DNA of 62,913 nt, counting the filler, from Olpidium bornovanus S191 (Eukaryota; Fungi; Olpidiomycota): the NCBI GenBank assembly GCA_017911155.1. It is 30 parts of 30 records of this genome, joined end to end, with 100 filler letters (N's around TTAATTAATTAA, not from the genome) between each part and the next. Parts side by side here need not be neighbours in the genome. Positions count along the whole stretch, not along the records: positions 10,219 to 12,059 come from JAEFCI010007950.1; positions 12,160 to 16,495 come from JAEFCI010008816.1; positions 16,596 to 20,947 come from JAEFCI010010940.1; positions 21,048 to 23,171 come from JAEFCI010011945.1; positions 23,272 to 25,636 come from JAEFCI010001079.1; 25 more parts are not named here. One strand, written 5' to 3'. This document shows positions 11,350-23,639 of the stretch, in pieces. The notes under the pieces were generated by a model. The model ran no database searches and was not told where the DNA came from. It was given only the letters and a program-made list of their open reading frames with translations. How positions within the stretch are numbered: the first letter of the stretch is position 1; every line of letters begins with the position of its first letter. Position numbers and translations under genes: made by a program.

Positions 11350-11810
11350 CTTTGTTTCTTGTCCTTGCCCCGTTTTCCCTGTTGCCCCCTTTTTCCTTTG
11401 CACCTTTTTCCCCTTTGCCCCTTTTTCTTCTTTGGCCCCTTCCCTTTATTGACCCTGCCCTATTCAGTCAAAGGACTCGCACTCTCCCACAGTGCGAGTG
11501 AACAATCACTCACAGTCAAAGCACTGTACATTTGCTTTTTCCTGTACTCACATTTTTGCCCCTTTCCCCCCTTGCTCCGAGACATGGCTTCTTAAGCCAC
11601 TGGCAGACGAGCATGAGTTTCGCCTTACGCCTTACCCCTTTACGAGTTTGCCCCTTTACTCTTTCCCCTTCCCTATTTACCCCTTTGCCCCTTTACACCT
11701 CCCCCTTTCCATTACACCCCTGCAATCCGCTTTTCTACCCTCATGATTTCTTTTCCCCTTCCACGTTTACGCCTTTTGCCTTTTTACATATCCCCCTTTC
11801 TATTACGTTG
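11350..11810. repeat. Pyrimidine-rich low-complexity tract (ccccttt units)
   Basis: Recurrent gccccttt/acccttt/tccccttt units. Confidence 0.7.
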
Positions 11811-12235
11811 CTGAGATATACTTTCCATTTGGGGCAACCTTCTTCTGAGGCACATAAAAGGCGGGTGTTGGTCTGCTGTTTTTGTTGTGCTCCCCACTTC
11901 GCACACAGAGATTCCATTCTTTTTTTTCTTCCACATGCTTGTCCTTAGTGGATTCTGTCAGGTGGTGGACCAAGTCGAAACCGGAGGACGATTCCGCTGT
12001 TTTTCTTTCCGGACTCCTGAGAGCTACCACTTCGATGGCAGCTTCTGGGTCACAGAAGGNNNNNNNNNNNNNNNNNNNNNNNNNNNNNNNNNNNNNNNNN
12101 NNNTTAATTAATTAANNNNNNNNNNNNNNNNNNNNNNNNNNNNNNNNNNNNNNNNNNNNCATGCCAGCGGCTGACAATACTTTGATGGATCCGGACGTGA
12201 CCGACGGTTCCCATTGTTCTTGCGGGTGTCCGCAG

Positions 12236-15023
12236 CTCTGGAGGCGCACCTAATTATACCCGTTTTGAAGCGCCTGCGGAACAACGTGACGATTGCCATT
12301 TTTGCGGACCACTGGTGAATAATGCGGCCAATCTTCGCGTTTTCGCTTTGCCCTGTGGTGGTTTAGTGTTGCGAAGAGGCGTCGAAATCATAGTTTGACG
12401 CCGAGATCTGCCGTTGCAGGGGTTACAAGCACGAGGCGTTTGATGCGTCCGTGTATTCTCCAAAGATCCTCCATGACGCCGGCGTGCCGGTTGCTGTGAA
12501 AAGTGATCATGTAAGCGGCCGTCCTGAATTTTTTTTCATGCAAGTTCATTGATATCTCCTGTCGCCGGTCGATATTTCTCATGCGAACCTAAAAGATTTT
12601 TTTTTTCTCTCGCACCCTATTGGGGAACAGCCTGTTTTGAATGCCGTAAGGGTCGCGATTATCTGTAGCTCTTCCGTTCGAACAATGGACCATGTTAATG
12701 ACGTTATATTATTGGTTTTACGCTCAATTGTTTAGCAACACCTGGTCTACGAAGTGAGTGTCGGTTTTAACGACTCAAAGCCGTCCCGCTGAGAGCAGCT
12801 CCACGTGGCGCTTTATCCGCGCGCGTTCGCATCCAACGCCGGTTTTGTGCTGTTGCGTTACAGGCGCAAAAAGCGCACCATTACGGTATGACCGCGCAAG
12901 CTGCTTTGTCGTCGGTAACCACTGTTCCCGCCAAAGCGATGGGCGTCGGTCACCGGATAGGCAAACTTGCCGCCGGATATGACGCTGACGTAGTGGTAAG
13001 TGAAAGCCGCTTGGCTCGTTGTGATTCAAGGACCCCGTCTGCGCATCGCTTTCTGCGGTTAAGAACTCGCCAACGCTTTTTTGCGCCCATTCGCCTTTCA
13101 GATATGGGACAGACATCCTCTCCGCTTGGGCGCCTACCCAGTGCAGGTGTTTGTCGACGGCATCAGTTTGATTAAGGGGTCGAGTATGAAAGACCGAGAC
13201 CAGCTTCCGCGGGACGCTGCTCTTAGCAAGCCTCCTCCGTCGGCTGCCATATTCGACCACAAAATGAAAGCCTCTGGACCGGCGAGCTGCACCGAACGGT
13301 CCCGCAGCTTCGTGGTCAAAAATATTGGCACTCTCGTAACCGGTGAGCACGACACCCCTCTGAGCATGGCAACTATTGTCGTGGAGGACGGCAGGATCAC
13401 CTGCGCCGGCCGCGACTGCGACGTTGAGCGCCGCGATAGTGTGCTCGATGTGTACAACATCGACGGCGGTTGGGTTGTGCCGGTAGGTCGGAATTGCAAC
13501 GGTTGGACGTGTGGTGGCGGACAGCTTTTTCTGATGTACCTGCTTTCCGTTTCAGGGAACAATTGCGTTCAGCCAGTCGATGGGTCTGGTCGAAATCCCG
13601 TCTGAAAAGGCTACTTCGGACGGTGACCGACCGTCGTCGACGGATCCAAACAAGTTCACGTACGCGGTCGACGGCCTGCGGCTGGACAATGGCAAGCATC
13701 TGTACGTGGCGGAAACGTTCGGGAGTCCTTGGTGAAGTCCAGCATATCTACCTCTTTTAAGAAGATTGACAGGGAGCGAACGTTCTATGATCAGCCAGGC
13801 GGCCTTCCTCGGGGGAGTTACTGCCGGTGTAGTGGCTCCTCAAAACGCTCGCGGCTTCGTTTCCGGATGGTTGACAGCCTACCGTACCGGGTCGATGACG
13901 AGTATGCTGAAGTATATGGCGGTGGTATTGTGCGTCGAACCAAAGGTGTACGGACGCTTATCAGCCGAGTGAACCGTTCACTAGTCCTGGACAATCCTCC
14001 GGGGGTCATCAAGGACGTCGTGGGTCTTCTCGTGAAGCTCGGCGATGACGCGAAGGATGGTAGGTTTCCAGCCCACAGGCCTGGGGCCACGATAAAAAAA
14101 GGCCGGCACTCGTCCGCTCGCATATGTTGCGCCTCACTGTCCTTTCCGTTGCCGTTTTCGAAGACCTTTCATCGGTATCAAGCCAAATCGCCGCGCTGCG
14201 CGACCTTTTGGAGCAGTCGAAGAACTCGTCCAGCAACTCTCGCCACATGGCCGCGCTGGGGCGGGGCGAGATGCCGCTGGTCGTGCACACGCACTCGGCC
14301 GACATCATTTCGCAGCTGATCGTGCTCAAGCGCATTCACCCTCGCGTCCGCATCGTCGTCCTTGGCGGCGCAGAGGCGCACATCGTTGCGCGCCAACTCC
14401 GCGAGGTCGACATCCCCGTTGTGCTCAGCCCGCCCCGGTGCACCCCCGGCACGTGGGAGTCCCGTCGCTGCCTGCACGGCCCTCCTCTTGCCGAAAGGTC
14501 CGGAATTGATGTTCTTTTTGAGGAGGGCGTGGATGTCGGGCTAGCGGTCGAGGACGACGCGCTTGCTCGGAATCTTTTATGGGAAGCCGGTGAGGTGTTT
14601 GCTTTTCGTTTTTGTTTTGTCCGGATGATTTGCTTCTCGTCCCGGCCAACAGGTTCGGACGGCCGGCCGATTGAACGTCGATCCCGCGTTACGGTCTCAA
14701 AAATCCCAGGCTGGGCTCAGACGGACGTGCGCCACCGACGGCTGTCTGACGCAGAAGCCATTGCGCTCGTGACGTCCAAGCTTTCCGCTATTCTCGGTCT
14801 GGACAGGCCCTCCGCAAGCGAACACCGACACGGCCGCGATCCTCCTCCCCGCCGGCATGACCTCCTCCACCATGCCCCCGGCACGATCCGGGTCGGCGCC
14901 TTGGCCGACTTCGTCGCGTTCGACTCGCGCCCGCTCGAGTTCGGCGCCGCCGCGCAGCTGATTGTCGGAGGCGGCAAGCGCGGGGTCGTCTGCTGGCCCG
15001 CCCAGGGCGGTCTTACTGTCTAG
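12236..15023 (+). CDS. Tandem amidohydrolase (fungal CE9-like composite metal-dependent hydrolase), 5' partial, multi-exon
   Basis: Spliced: ALEAHLIIPVLKRL...ADHW|GYKHEAFDASVYSPKILHDAGVPVAVKSDH|PVLNA|QHLVYE|AQKAHHYGMTAQAALSSVTTVPAKAMGVGHRIGKLAAGYDADVVV|IWDRHPLRLGAYPVQVFVDG. A second repeat follows (PLVVHTHSADII, LGGAEAH, GALADFVAFDSRPLEFGA). Stop at 15023. Confidence 0.85.
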
Positions 15024-15682
15024 GGGGGGATCTGTGCTCCAATAATTTCATTGTCCGTCTGGATGCGGATGAGGCGGGGCCGCGGTCCGTGCCACCACCC
15101 GCTCCTGACCGCGTTTTGCGCCCCAACTCCCCTCTTTTCTCCTTTGTACAATCCACGGGCGAGAAACTTTCGGTAATGTGTACACACCGGGAATCTACTC
15201 AGTTAGCAGGTACATATGGTCTCTCTCTTTCTCTCTCTCCCTCTCTCTCCCTCTCTCTCCGGCTGTCTTTTACAATCTAATGACACATTCTGCAATTCGA
15301 CAAATTTTGGTTTTTTTTCTTTTCTTTCTTCCTCCGGTGCGCTCCCGCTGGCTGTCGTTGTGGGGAAAAAGGGAGAGGGTCAGAGTCAACAAAGGGGAAA
15401 AAAAAAAAAAAAAAAAAAACCGGCTCGTTTGACAAAAAGCCGAACAAACGCGTGGGGGGAAGCGGGGCGGGCGGTTCTTTATTGTTATCGAACGCAACGC
15501 TCCTTACCCCCCCCCCCCCCGCCCCCCATTGCGGTAACAGAAACACCGCCGCCCTGACATCCAACCTCCCCTCCCCTCCCCCAACCCTCCACCCTGACCC
15601 TAAAATAAAAGGACGCACCCCGCACGTCCGTCAGGTTTCGCCTCGGTTTGGAAAAAAAAAGGAGGGGGTGCCTCTTTTTTTT

Positions 15683-16410
15683 TCACAAGGGCTCCCGTTT
15701 CTCGCGGAGGCGGTCGTAGGCGTCCCAGCACCGCTGCCTGTAGCCGGCGAACTTCGCTTCTATCCGCGCCAGGGCGGCGTCCTCCTCCTGCGCGACCAGG
15801 TCCAGCTGCCGGTAGAGCCTCTCGCGCGGCTGCGCCCGGAGCTGATCCTGCGGCGACGTCGATCCGCCGCCGCCTACAAACGGGACCGGCGACAGGCCCG
15901 GCGTGCTTTTCCTGCGCGGGCCTGACAACGCGCCGTGCTGGTCCTTCGCGGCGGCGGCCGCGGGCGACGACGACGACGACGGCGACCTGCTGCTGGACGA
16001 CCTGCCGATCAGGCCCGGCGGCCTGCCGCCGCCGGCCTTGGGTCGGACCAACTTCGCCTCTGGCGGCGACGGGGAGGGGGGGGAGAGCGGCTGCCGGACG
16101 TAAAAGTGGAGGTACTTGGCGGCTCCGTCCGCCGCCCAGGAGAGCTGCACGATGTAGGGCCGCTCGTCGTTGGCCAGCGCCCTGATGAGCTTGCGGTGCA
16201 CCAGGCCCTCGGCCGACCCCCTCCTCTCTTTGGGGCCCGTCGCAGACAACGACGACGACGACGACGACAGCGGCGGCGGCGGCTGCGGCGGGAGCACCGA
16301 GGAGGCGTCCGAGGAGCCGCCGTCGAGGCCGTTGTCGTCCGACGCGTCCCACCCGCCCGCCCCGCCGCCGCCGCCGCCGCCGCCGCCGCTGTCACCTTGC
16401 GTCGCGTCGG
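15683..16410 (-). CDS. RASSF-like protein, last exon: end of RA domain plus C-terminal SARAH-like helix, 5' partial
   Basis: Acceptor ggcgcag| near 16410. HRKLIRALANDERPYIVQLSWAADGAAKYLHFYVRQ (16092-16200) resembles the RA C-terminal R.L.DDE.PL...L...L.FVL+ motif. LRAQPRERLYRQLDLVAQEEDAALARIEAKFAGYRQRCWDAY (15716-15841) aligns without gaps to the RASSF SARAH pattern. Confidence 0.6.
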
Positions 16411-16430
16411 CTGCGCCCCTCCACCGCAGT

Positions 16431-16479
<49 letters not shown>

Positions 16480-17196
16480 CGCGGGGGGGGGGGGANNNNN
16501 NNNNNNNNNNNNNNNNNNNNNNNNNNNNNNNNNNNNNNNTTAATTAATTAANNNNNNNNNNNNNNNNNNNNNNNNNNNNNNNNNNNNNNNNNNNNAGCCG
16601 AGGGGGGGGGGGGGGGGGGGGGGGGGGTGTACAGAATAAAGGGGCAAAATTAAGGGGGAAGCTCAGGCACTGCGCGCACCAGCCCGCGTTGCCCCTTTGT
16701 AGAATGCCCAGCTGCTCCCGTGGTATAAAATAGGGCTGGAGCAGACTAGTACACAAACGCCCCCAGAACACGAAATAAAGTTCTCCTTCCTTCGTCTCCG
16801 TCTTCGGCCCGGCTCCAACAGGGGCCGCCCGGAAAAGGAACGCCGCGGCAAAGGGCCGAAGCGGCGTGCGATCAATTTTTCGGGGTGGCACCGGAAGCGG
16901 GGAGCGTGGTGTTTTCTTAGTTTTCCCGCAAAACCCCTCCTCCCACCCCCGGTTTCCTTTCTCCGCGCCCCGCCCGTTCGCGGTCCGCCGCCTTTCTTTC
17001 CCCCGTGAAACTTTTTGGTGCGTGCGGGTATCTCTTTTACATGACAGGGCCCGTCGTCGTGCGAAGAGCCGATCTAGACAAAAACAAAAACAAAAACAAA
17101 AAAAAAAATGGCCAACGTCCCGCAAAGGAACGGATACCTTCGAACCGGCGAAACCCGGCGGTGTCCCGCACCCCACCCCCTTCCCCTCCCCTCGTC

Positions 17197-19769
17197 TCAG
17201 CGGTTCGCCGGTTCCTCGCCAGGTAGGCCGCCCATAAACTCCGCGAAGTCGAACGCGTCTTCCTCCCCCCCGGGCGGCGGCGGCGGCGGCGAGGGCGACG
17301 CCCCCTCCTCCTCCACCGTCGCAAACGCGCGGAGGATGTCCGCGGCCGTCGTCGGCGGCGCCTCCGCGTGCGGAGCGGCGGCGGCGGCGGCCCGGCGCTT
17401 CTTGCTCCGCCGTTTCGACTCTTTCCGCCTGGCGCGGTTGAGGCGCGGATTCAACTCTTCCTCGAACCGGGTGACCAGCGGCTTCTTCGCCGTCGCGCCG
17501 TCCGGGATTGTGACAAGCCGGCCGTTGTCGCGGTCGTCGTCGGCGCATCCGCTCCCCCGCGGCGCCGTGGGGTCGTCCTGAGGGTTATTGTAAATCGTGT
17601 GCGTGTGCGTGTGTGTTGTGTGTGAGGGGCGCGGTTTGACGCGGGGTTCCCAGTTCAAGTGCGGAAAACCGTTAAGAATCAGAAGGAAAAAAAAAAAAAC
17701 AAAATAAATGGCCAAGGGACGAGCGCAAAACGTACGTGTGTCCTGTACTCCACCTGCAGCTTGACGAGCAGATCTCTGCCCCCGTTCCACACCGGCTTCA
17801 CCTCTCCCGTCGGCCGGAACACGTACGGCGCGCTTGAAAGTGAAACAACGAAAAAAAAGGCGCGTCACAGGGACTTTCGACCCAACCGGACGCCGCGCGT
17901 ATTAAAGAAACAACAATAAAAGTAAAAATAAGAAAACGGTAAAGCGTACTCGTCGACGGCCGTGTCCATGGCGTCCGCGGCGTCCTCGCCCTCCTCGCGG
18001 ACGTCATCGTCTCGGAACAAGCTGAACTCCTTGCCCCACTCCTGCACGACGGACAAGCCCTCCTCTCCCGCTCCGGCCGGGGCCGAGGTCGGCCGGACCG
18101 GGGGGACGGTGAAGTACTTAATTTTGCCCGCGTTCCAGTCGTTGAGCACCGCCCGCGCGGCGGACTCCAGGTCCGCGGCGCCGCCCCGCTTCAGGTGGCC
18201 GCGCTGCACGGCGATGTGCGTGAGGAATTCGCGCGCCGACGGCGCGGCAGGCGTGCCGTACAGGCGGGACAGGTGCGCCGGAGTGCACCTCTCGACGATC
18301 AATTCGACTTCACGCGCGCGAGACAAGGGAGCCGGATGCGGGCGGCGGGGAAGAAGAGAAATCGGTTCAGGGAAAGAACGCGGGTGTCGAGTTTGTGTTT
18401 TTCTTTTTTTATTTTTTCCCGCGACTGCTGCGTAATGATTCCGTACCTGCGGCTATCGGGTCTTCCAGGAGCTCGACCTTGAGGCAGTTCCTGAGGAGCA
18501 CCTCTGCGCTCTGGTCCTTGCCGCCTCTGTCGAACACGATGCCCGGGCAGTCCAGGAGCTTGATGTGCTTATCGAGGATGATCTCCTGAGCGACCTTTGT
18601 CAGGCCGGGGGTAGAACCGACCCCGCAGACCTTTGATCGTCTGAGGGAATTGATGACGGACGACTTGCCGACGTTCGGGAACCCGATGACGCCGACCGTG
18701 ATGGAGGTTTTTATGTTTGCGTTCCTGCAGTAGTTCTTCAGCAGCTTGACGAGGGCGCCCGCGCCGACGCACTCGCTGCCGGCGAGAAGGTCGCCGGAGG
18801 CGAGCCCCACGGAAGGGCCGGCGTGGCCAAGGTTCCGGCGCTGGGACTGGGTGGAGGCCTTGAACGCCACCGTCGGGAATTCGTCCCGCAGATACTTGAG
18901 CCAGGCCTGCACGTTGTCCTTGGGCACCAGGTCGACCTTGTTCAGAACGAGGATGACGCGCTTCCGGAGGCCGCTGTCGAGGACGGCGCGCTCCGCGTCC
19001 AGCGCGCGGCAGCCCAGCGGGTCGCGGGCGTCCAGGACCTCCAGGACGACGTCCGCCGCGTCGACGACTTTCTTGAACTCGTGGTAGTACGCCTTCCGCG
19101 AGTTGTCGACCCGGCCCGCCGCGACGGCGTCTTCCGCCGCAGCCGCCGCCCCCGGGAGCGCCCGCCCGTCGCCGCCGGGCTCCGCGACGTCTCCGGCGGC
19201 CCCCGCGAACTCCTCCTCCCGCCGCGCGGCGCTCCGCGCAAGGGACTCGAGGTCCGCGAAGGCCTCGCGCAGGCCGTGCCGCCGAGCGTCCGCCGCCCGC
19301 TGCCTCTCGGCCTTCTGCCTCTGCCGCTCGCCGGCCGCCTTCCGCTTCGCGGCCTCCTTGTCATCGAGCTTTTTCCCAAACCTCCGGAGGTCCGGAATTC
19401 CCGGGTCCTTCTTGAGCTCTGGGGAAAGTCGAGCGACGCGGACAGCCAGGGGTCGTTTGGGGAAAAGGGGGTTGATGCCGAGTGAGCACAGAAGTGGCCG
19501 CGTCTGCGCCAACCAAAGCCCCGCGGCGGCAGAGGGCACCGGCCCGGGCCGACGAAGCGGGGGAGGGGGGGTGGGGGGAAGGGTGCGGCAAGCCAAGGAG
19601 AGGAAACGTACTCGCTCGAGGAACGCCGCAGTTGGTTCCGCGGCGTCGGGCCGGAGCAGCTGCGCTGCCACCTGAGAGGAACGACGACGTTCAAGGCGCG
19701 GGAAACCGTTAGCGCCTGTTCGACGGCAGGGGTGGAGGGGTGCGGCGGCGACTCACTTGCGGGCGGCAT
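17197..19769 (-). CDS. NUG1: Nucleolar circularly permuted GTPase Nug1/GNL3 (nucleostemin-like)
   Basis: KKDPGIP N-terminal motif; KVVDAADVVLEVLDARDPLG; G4 LNKVD; G1 GFPNVGKSS; G2 GSTPGLTK; G3 LLDCPG; QRGHLKRGGAADLESAARAVLNDWNAGKIKYFTVPP; C-terminal FDFAEF. N-terminal exon structure uncertain. Confidence 0.93.
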
Positions 19770-20846
19770 AGGCGATTCGGCGGGGGATTTTCTTTTCTTT
19801 TTGGAACGGCGGGCGCCCCGGGGGGCGGCCCCTTTTTTTTTTTTTTTTTTTTTTTTTGTTCCCTGGTGTGCGTCGCGCGCGGAGCAGGGTCGGGCGAGGC
19901 GGGGGGCGGTGGGAAAAGGAGGGGGGGGGGTTGGAATTTTTTTTTTTTTTTTTCTTTTTTTTTTTATGAGGCCCCAATAATTTAGTTTCAGACCCAGTTT
20001 TCGATTTTTTTTTTTTTTTTTTTTTTTATAAACTCGGACTGGGATTTCAGTTCTTTTTTTTTTTTTTCACGCCCGGCCTGTCGCGCAGCAGGCGGACGGC
20101 CGGCCCCGTGTTACCCTCGCGACTTCCCCGGGTCCCGCGGGTTCGTCGAACGCCGAACGCCGAACGCCGGGAGCGCGTTTCTCTGCGCGGGCGCCCTGGG
20201 GCGAACGAACGCGCGAACGGCGGCGACGTGCGGGTCGCCCCAGTTCCCTGGCCATTCGGCACGCGTTACCGGCGCGACGAGCATAAACGCGCTCGGCTCT
20301 GTCGGGGCCGAAAACCGTGCCCGGCCCGCGGACACTGCTCCCGGTTTCTCGACCGGGAAATACCGTTCCCAGCCTTGTTGTTTTCCACCGCCGGACGCGG
20401 TTGCGTGATGACGACGACGATGACGACAGTGACGCGCTTGGACCGTTTCCGCCGGAAAAATTGGGCCGCATTCTCATGCCCCTTCGGCATTATCAAGCTG
20501 CGCGTGTGACTTTTCGAGAAGCCGAGTGAGGGGAGGGAAAAAGAATGACGCCGCGTGACTCGCGTGCCCTTGCCGCAAACGGGCGAGGCTGTCGAGGAGA
20601 AAAGGAACGCGCTCCCGTTCCCGCGTGCCACCCCCCCCCCCCCCCCCCCCCCGCCCCCCCCCCCCCCCCCCCACTCGTAGATACTCTCTGCAACTGAGGA
20701 GGGGAAAAAAGTCGAAACACGCGCCGCGCCCGCCCCCCTGCTTTCCTCTCTATCTCTCTCCCCGCCGGGTGGTCGTCCGCTTGTAATCCGTTCATATCCC
20801 CGCGCAGTGTCAAAGTTTCGGGTTTTTCTTTTCCCCCCGTTTTTTT

Positions 20847-20885
<39 letters not shown>

Positions 20886-21067
20886 CGCGGCGCGTTTTGA
20901 CTGCAGGCCCGCCGGGTGACACTTTTTTGCGCGCGGTGGGCGGCAGGNNNNNNNNNNNNNNNNNNNNNNNNNNNNNNNNNNNNNNNNNNNNTTAATTAAT
21001 TAANNNNNNNNNNNNNNNNNNNNNNNNNNNNNNNNNNNNNNNNNNNNAAAAAAAAAAAAACACAAAA

Positions 21068-21147
<80 letters not shown>

Positions 21148-22349
21148 AGAGGGGTCTCCACGTAGGGTTAAACGGCACGTATGATGATGAGGAGTGCTGA
21201 AAGTACAGGCGGCCCCTGGGCGCTCAGGCGCGTCCAAGTACATTGCACGGCAGGAGCTACGCTCCCCCTATACACCCCTGGAGCTTCCGCTATGGGAACC
21301 TGGCTCAGAACGGGCTGCACATAAATAGTTTAGTTACGGTTCCTCCACGGAGCCCCGCAGGATTTTTTTTTCCTTCAACTCTGCTTCCCGTCTCGTCGCG
21401 TTCGCCGCGTCTGCATCTTCGCGTTTAAATCTGCTTTCGGGTTCCAAAGGAGTTTCGACAGGGAAGAAAGCCGGGGGGGGGGGGGGGGGGGGGGGGGGAG
21501 GGGGGGAAGCGAGACGTCCTTCCTGTGTGTGAACAACTGGCCGCATATCCAGCACGGGCTACGGACGGTAGGGGCATGCCCTTCCCCCCGTCTCTTCACT
21601 CCCTAGGATTTTCCGCGTTCTCGTCGACGAGAACGGAGACGGCCCCCGCGCGTTCAGTTTTTCCGATTGGCGACCGAGTCAAACAAACAAACCCGATTTC
21701 CAGCTCTTTTTCATCACCTTTCTTTTTTTCGAGGCCTTAGGTTTTCTTCCGGTGACCCACCCCCAGGTTTTCTTCCGGTGACCCACCCCCCCCCCCCAAA
21801 AAAAAAAAACTTTCGGAGGAAAGTTTTAAAAAACGCGACCTTCAACAGTCTGACGAGCGGAGCACGGCTTTTTGACCTCCGTCCCGCGATTTTCGAAAGC
21901 ATAAAAAACGACGGTGGAAGCCAACATTTTGGAGGGGAGGAGGGCGGTGTGTTCTCTATCAGTCGAGTTCGAAAAAAAAAGGTAAAGTACATGATATGCA
22001 AGTAAACGTTTGGATTCCAAACTGAACAAAAGAAAAAAGGTGGGAGTAACGGTGAGGTGGGGGAGAACCAAAACAAAACCAAAAAAACGAGTATTATCTA
22101 GAAAACGCCCGGTTACAAAACGTGGAACCAAAAAAGAGGAAGCGTGCGCCAGAGACGAAAAACGGCTGCTTTTTTGCACGAAACGACAAAAAAAACGGCG
22201 CGTCAATAAAAATTGTTTATATGAGGTAGATGATTGCGGACGGGGGAAATGGACCTGATATTTCTGCTTCCCTACCACCCCTGCCACCTGCCCTCCGCCC
22301 CCTCCTGCTAGCCAATACTTCCTTTTTTTTACCTTTCTCGCCGTCGCTC

Positions 22350-23171
22350 CTAACCCGCGCCCATGCTCCGCGCCATCGCGTTGTCTTTCGCCGCGTCGTA
22401 CGTGAAGCCGGCGAATTGGTTCTGGGCGGTCTCGGAAAGGTGCGAGTCGGGAACCACGGAGTCCTGGGGCACCTCGCTCGTGAACTCGTCGTCGAAGTTC
22501 GAGGTGTCGACGGCAGATTGCTTTTTTGACGTCGTGGCAATAAAAAAGAAAAGGGGAAAAAAAAAAAGATGGAGCGGGGGCCGCGGAGAGAAATATTCTG
22601 AAATCAGCACACGAAAAAACGACGCTGGAAATGCCGTTCGGAGTTTATCCGCCGAGCCCAGATATACCAATCTTACCACAGAGGGCCTAAACGAAGGCTG
22701 CACTTTCTTTGCCATCAGTTTTTGCCAGTCGATTTCTTGGAAGAACGGATGGGCTTTGATCTCTTCCGCCCCTCTCGCGCCAAGCCTTCTGTTTGGGTCT
22801 CGCGCTAGAAGCTGTTCGCGGAATTGCCAAAAAAAAAAACACCAGGATTGTCGTAATTATATGGAAAAATTTCCGCTTCTTGGGCCGCGAAAAATATCTT
22901 CGGTTGGACTCCCGGGCTCACCCCTGACAAAAGGGACCTCGCCGACGGCGACACCTCGTCGGGAAATCGGAGCTCCTGCTGGAGGATTTTGACGTACATC
23001 TGGTTCACAACCTCGTCGTAGAACGGGGGAAGTCCCGTCAGCATCTCGTACAGCAGGATGCCTAGTGTCCACCAGTCGACCGTCTTCGTGTACCCCTGCT
23101 GCAGCAGGAGCTCGGGCGCCAGGTACTCTGGGGTGCCGCAGAACGTGTGGGCGCGTTCCGTTTCCGTCATG
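22350..23171 (-). CDS. YPK1: AGC Ser/Thr kinase Ypk1/Gad8, C-terminal half, 5' partial
   Basis: TFCGTPEYLAPELLLQQGYTKTVDWWTLGILLYEMLTGLPPFYDE...|LLARDPNRRLG..GAEEIKAHPFF...|SAVDTSNFDDEFTSEVPQDSVVPDSHLSETAQNQFAGFTY (turn and hydrophobic motifs). Confidence 0.92.
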
Positions 23172-23271
23172 NNNNNNNNNNNNNNNNNNNNNNNNNNNNN
23201 NNNNNNNNNNNNNNNTTAATTAATTAANNNNNNNNNNNNNNNNNNNNNNNNNNNNNNNNNNNNNNNNNNNN

Positions 23272-23450
23272 ACAAGTCAAAGCACATCGACATTAGGCAT
23301 TTCTTCGTCCGCGAGAAAGTACAAGAAGAAGCGATCGTCGTCGCACCAGTTGATACAGCAAAGAACACAGCTGACATCTTTACAAAGGGTCTTCCACGAA
23401 TTCGTTTCCAGCGATGTGTTGCTGAGTTAAACGTTTCTCCTATGCCCTCT
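23272..23450 (+). mobile_element. Ty1/copia RNase H C-terminal fragment
   Basis: KSKHIDIRHFFVREKVQEEAIVVAPVDTAKNTADIFTKGLPRIRFQRCVAEL. Confidence 0.92.
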
Positions 23451-23639
23451 TCCTTTTCTTCTTCTCCTTCTTCCACTTGATTTTATTTGCGACGCGTAAA
23501 GTTTTCCTTGTACGCTTCGAGGAAAAGTGTTAAAGTTCTGCCTTCCTACCTTTCTCGTTACCGGTCTGGTCGGAACCCCACAAAGTTTATCCCTCTTATA
23601 ACGCGTAAAGCTCTATGTACAATACAACGCCTTACGGCA

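Noticed and set aside
20047-21243. Poly-Pro/Gly/Lys/Phe ORFs across homopolymer tracts (also 35005-35938, 44482-45253, 54074-55943)
   Set aside because: Translations of A/T/G/C runs in non-coding DNA; no domain content or splice support.
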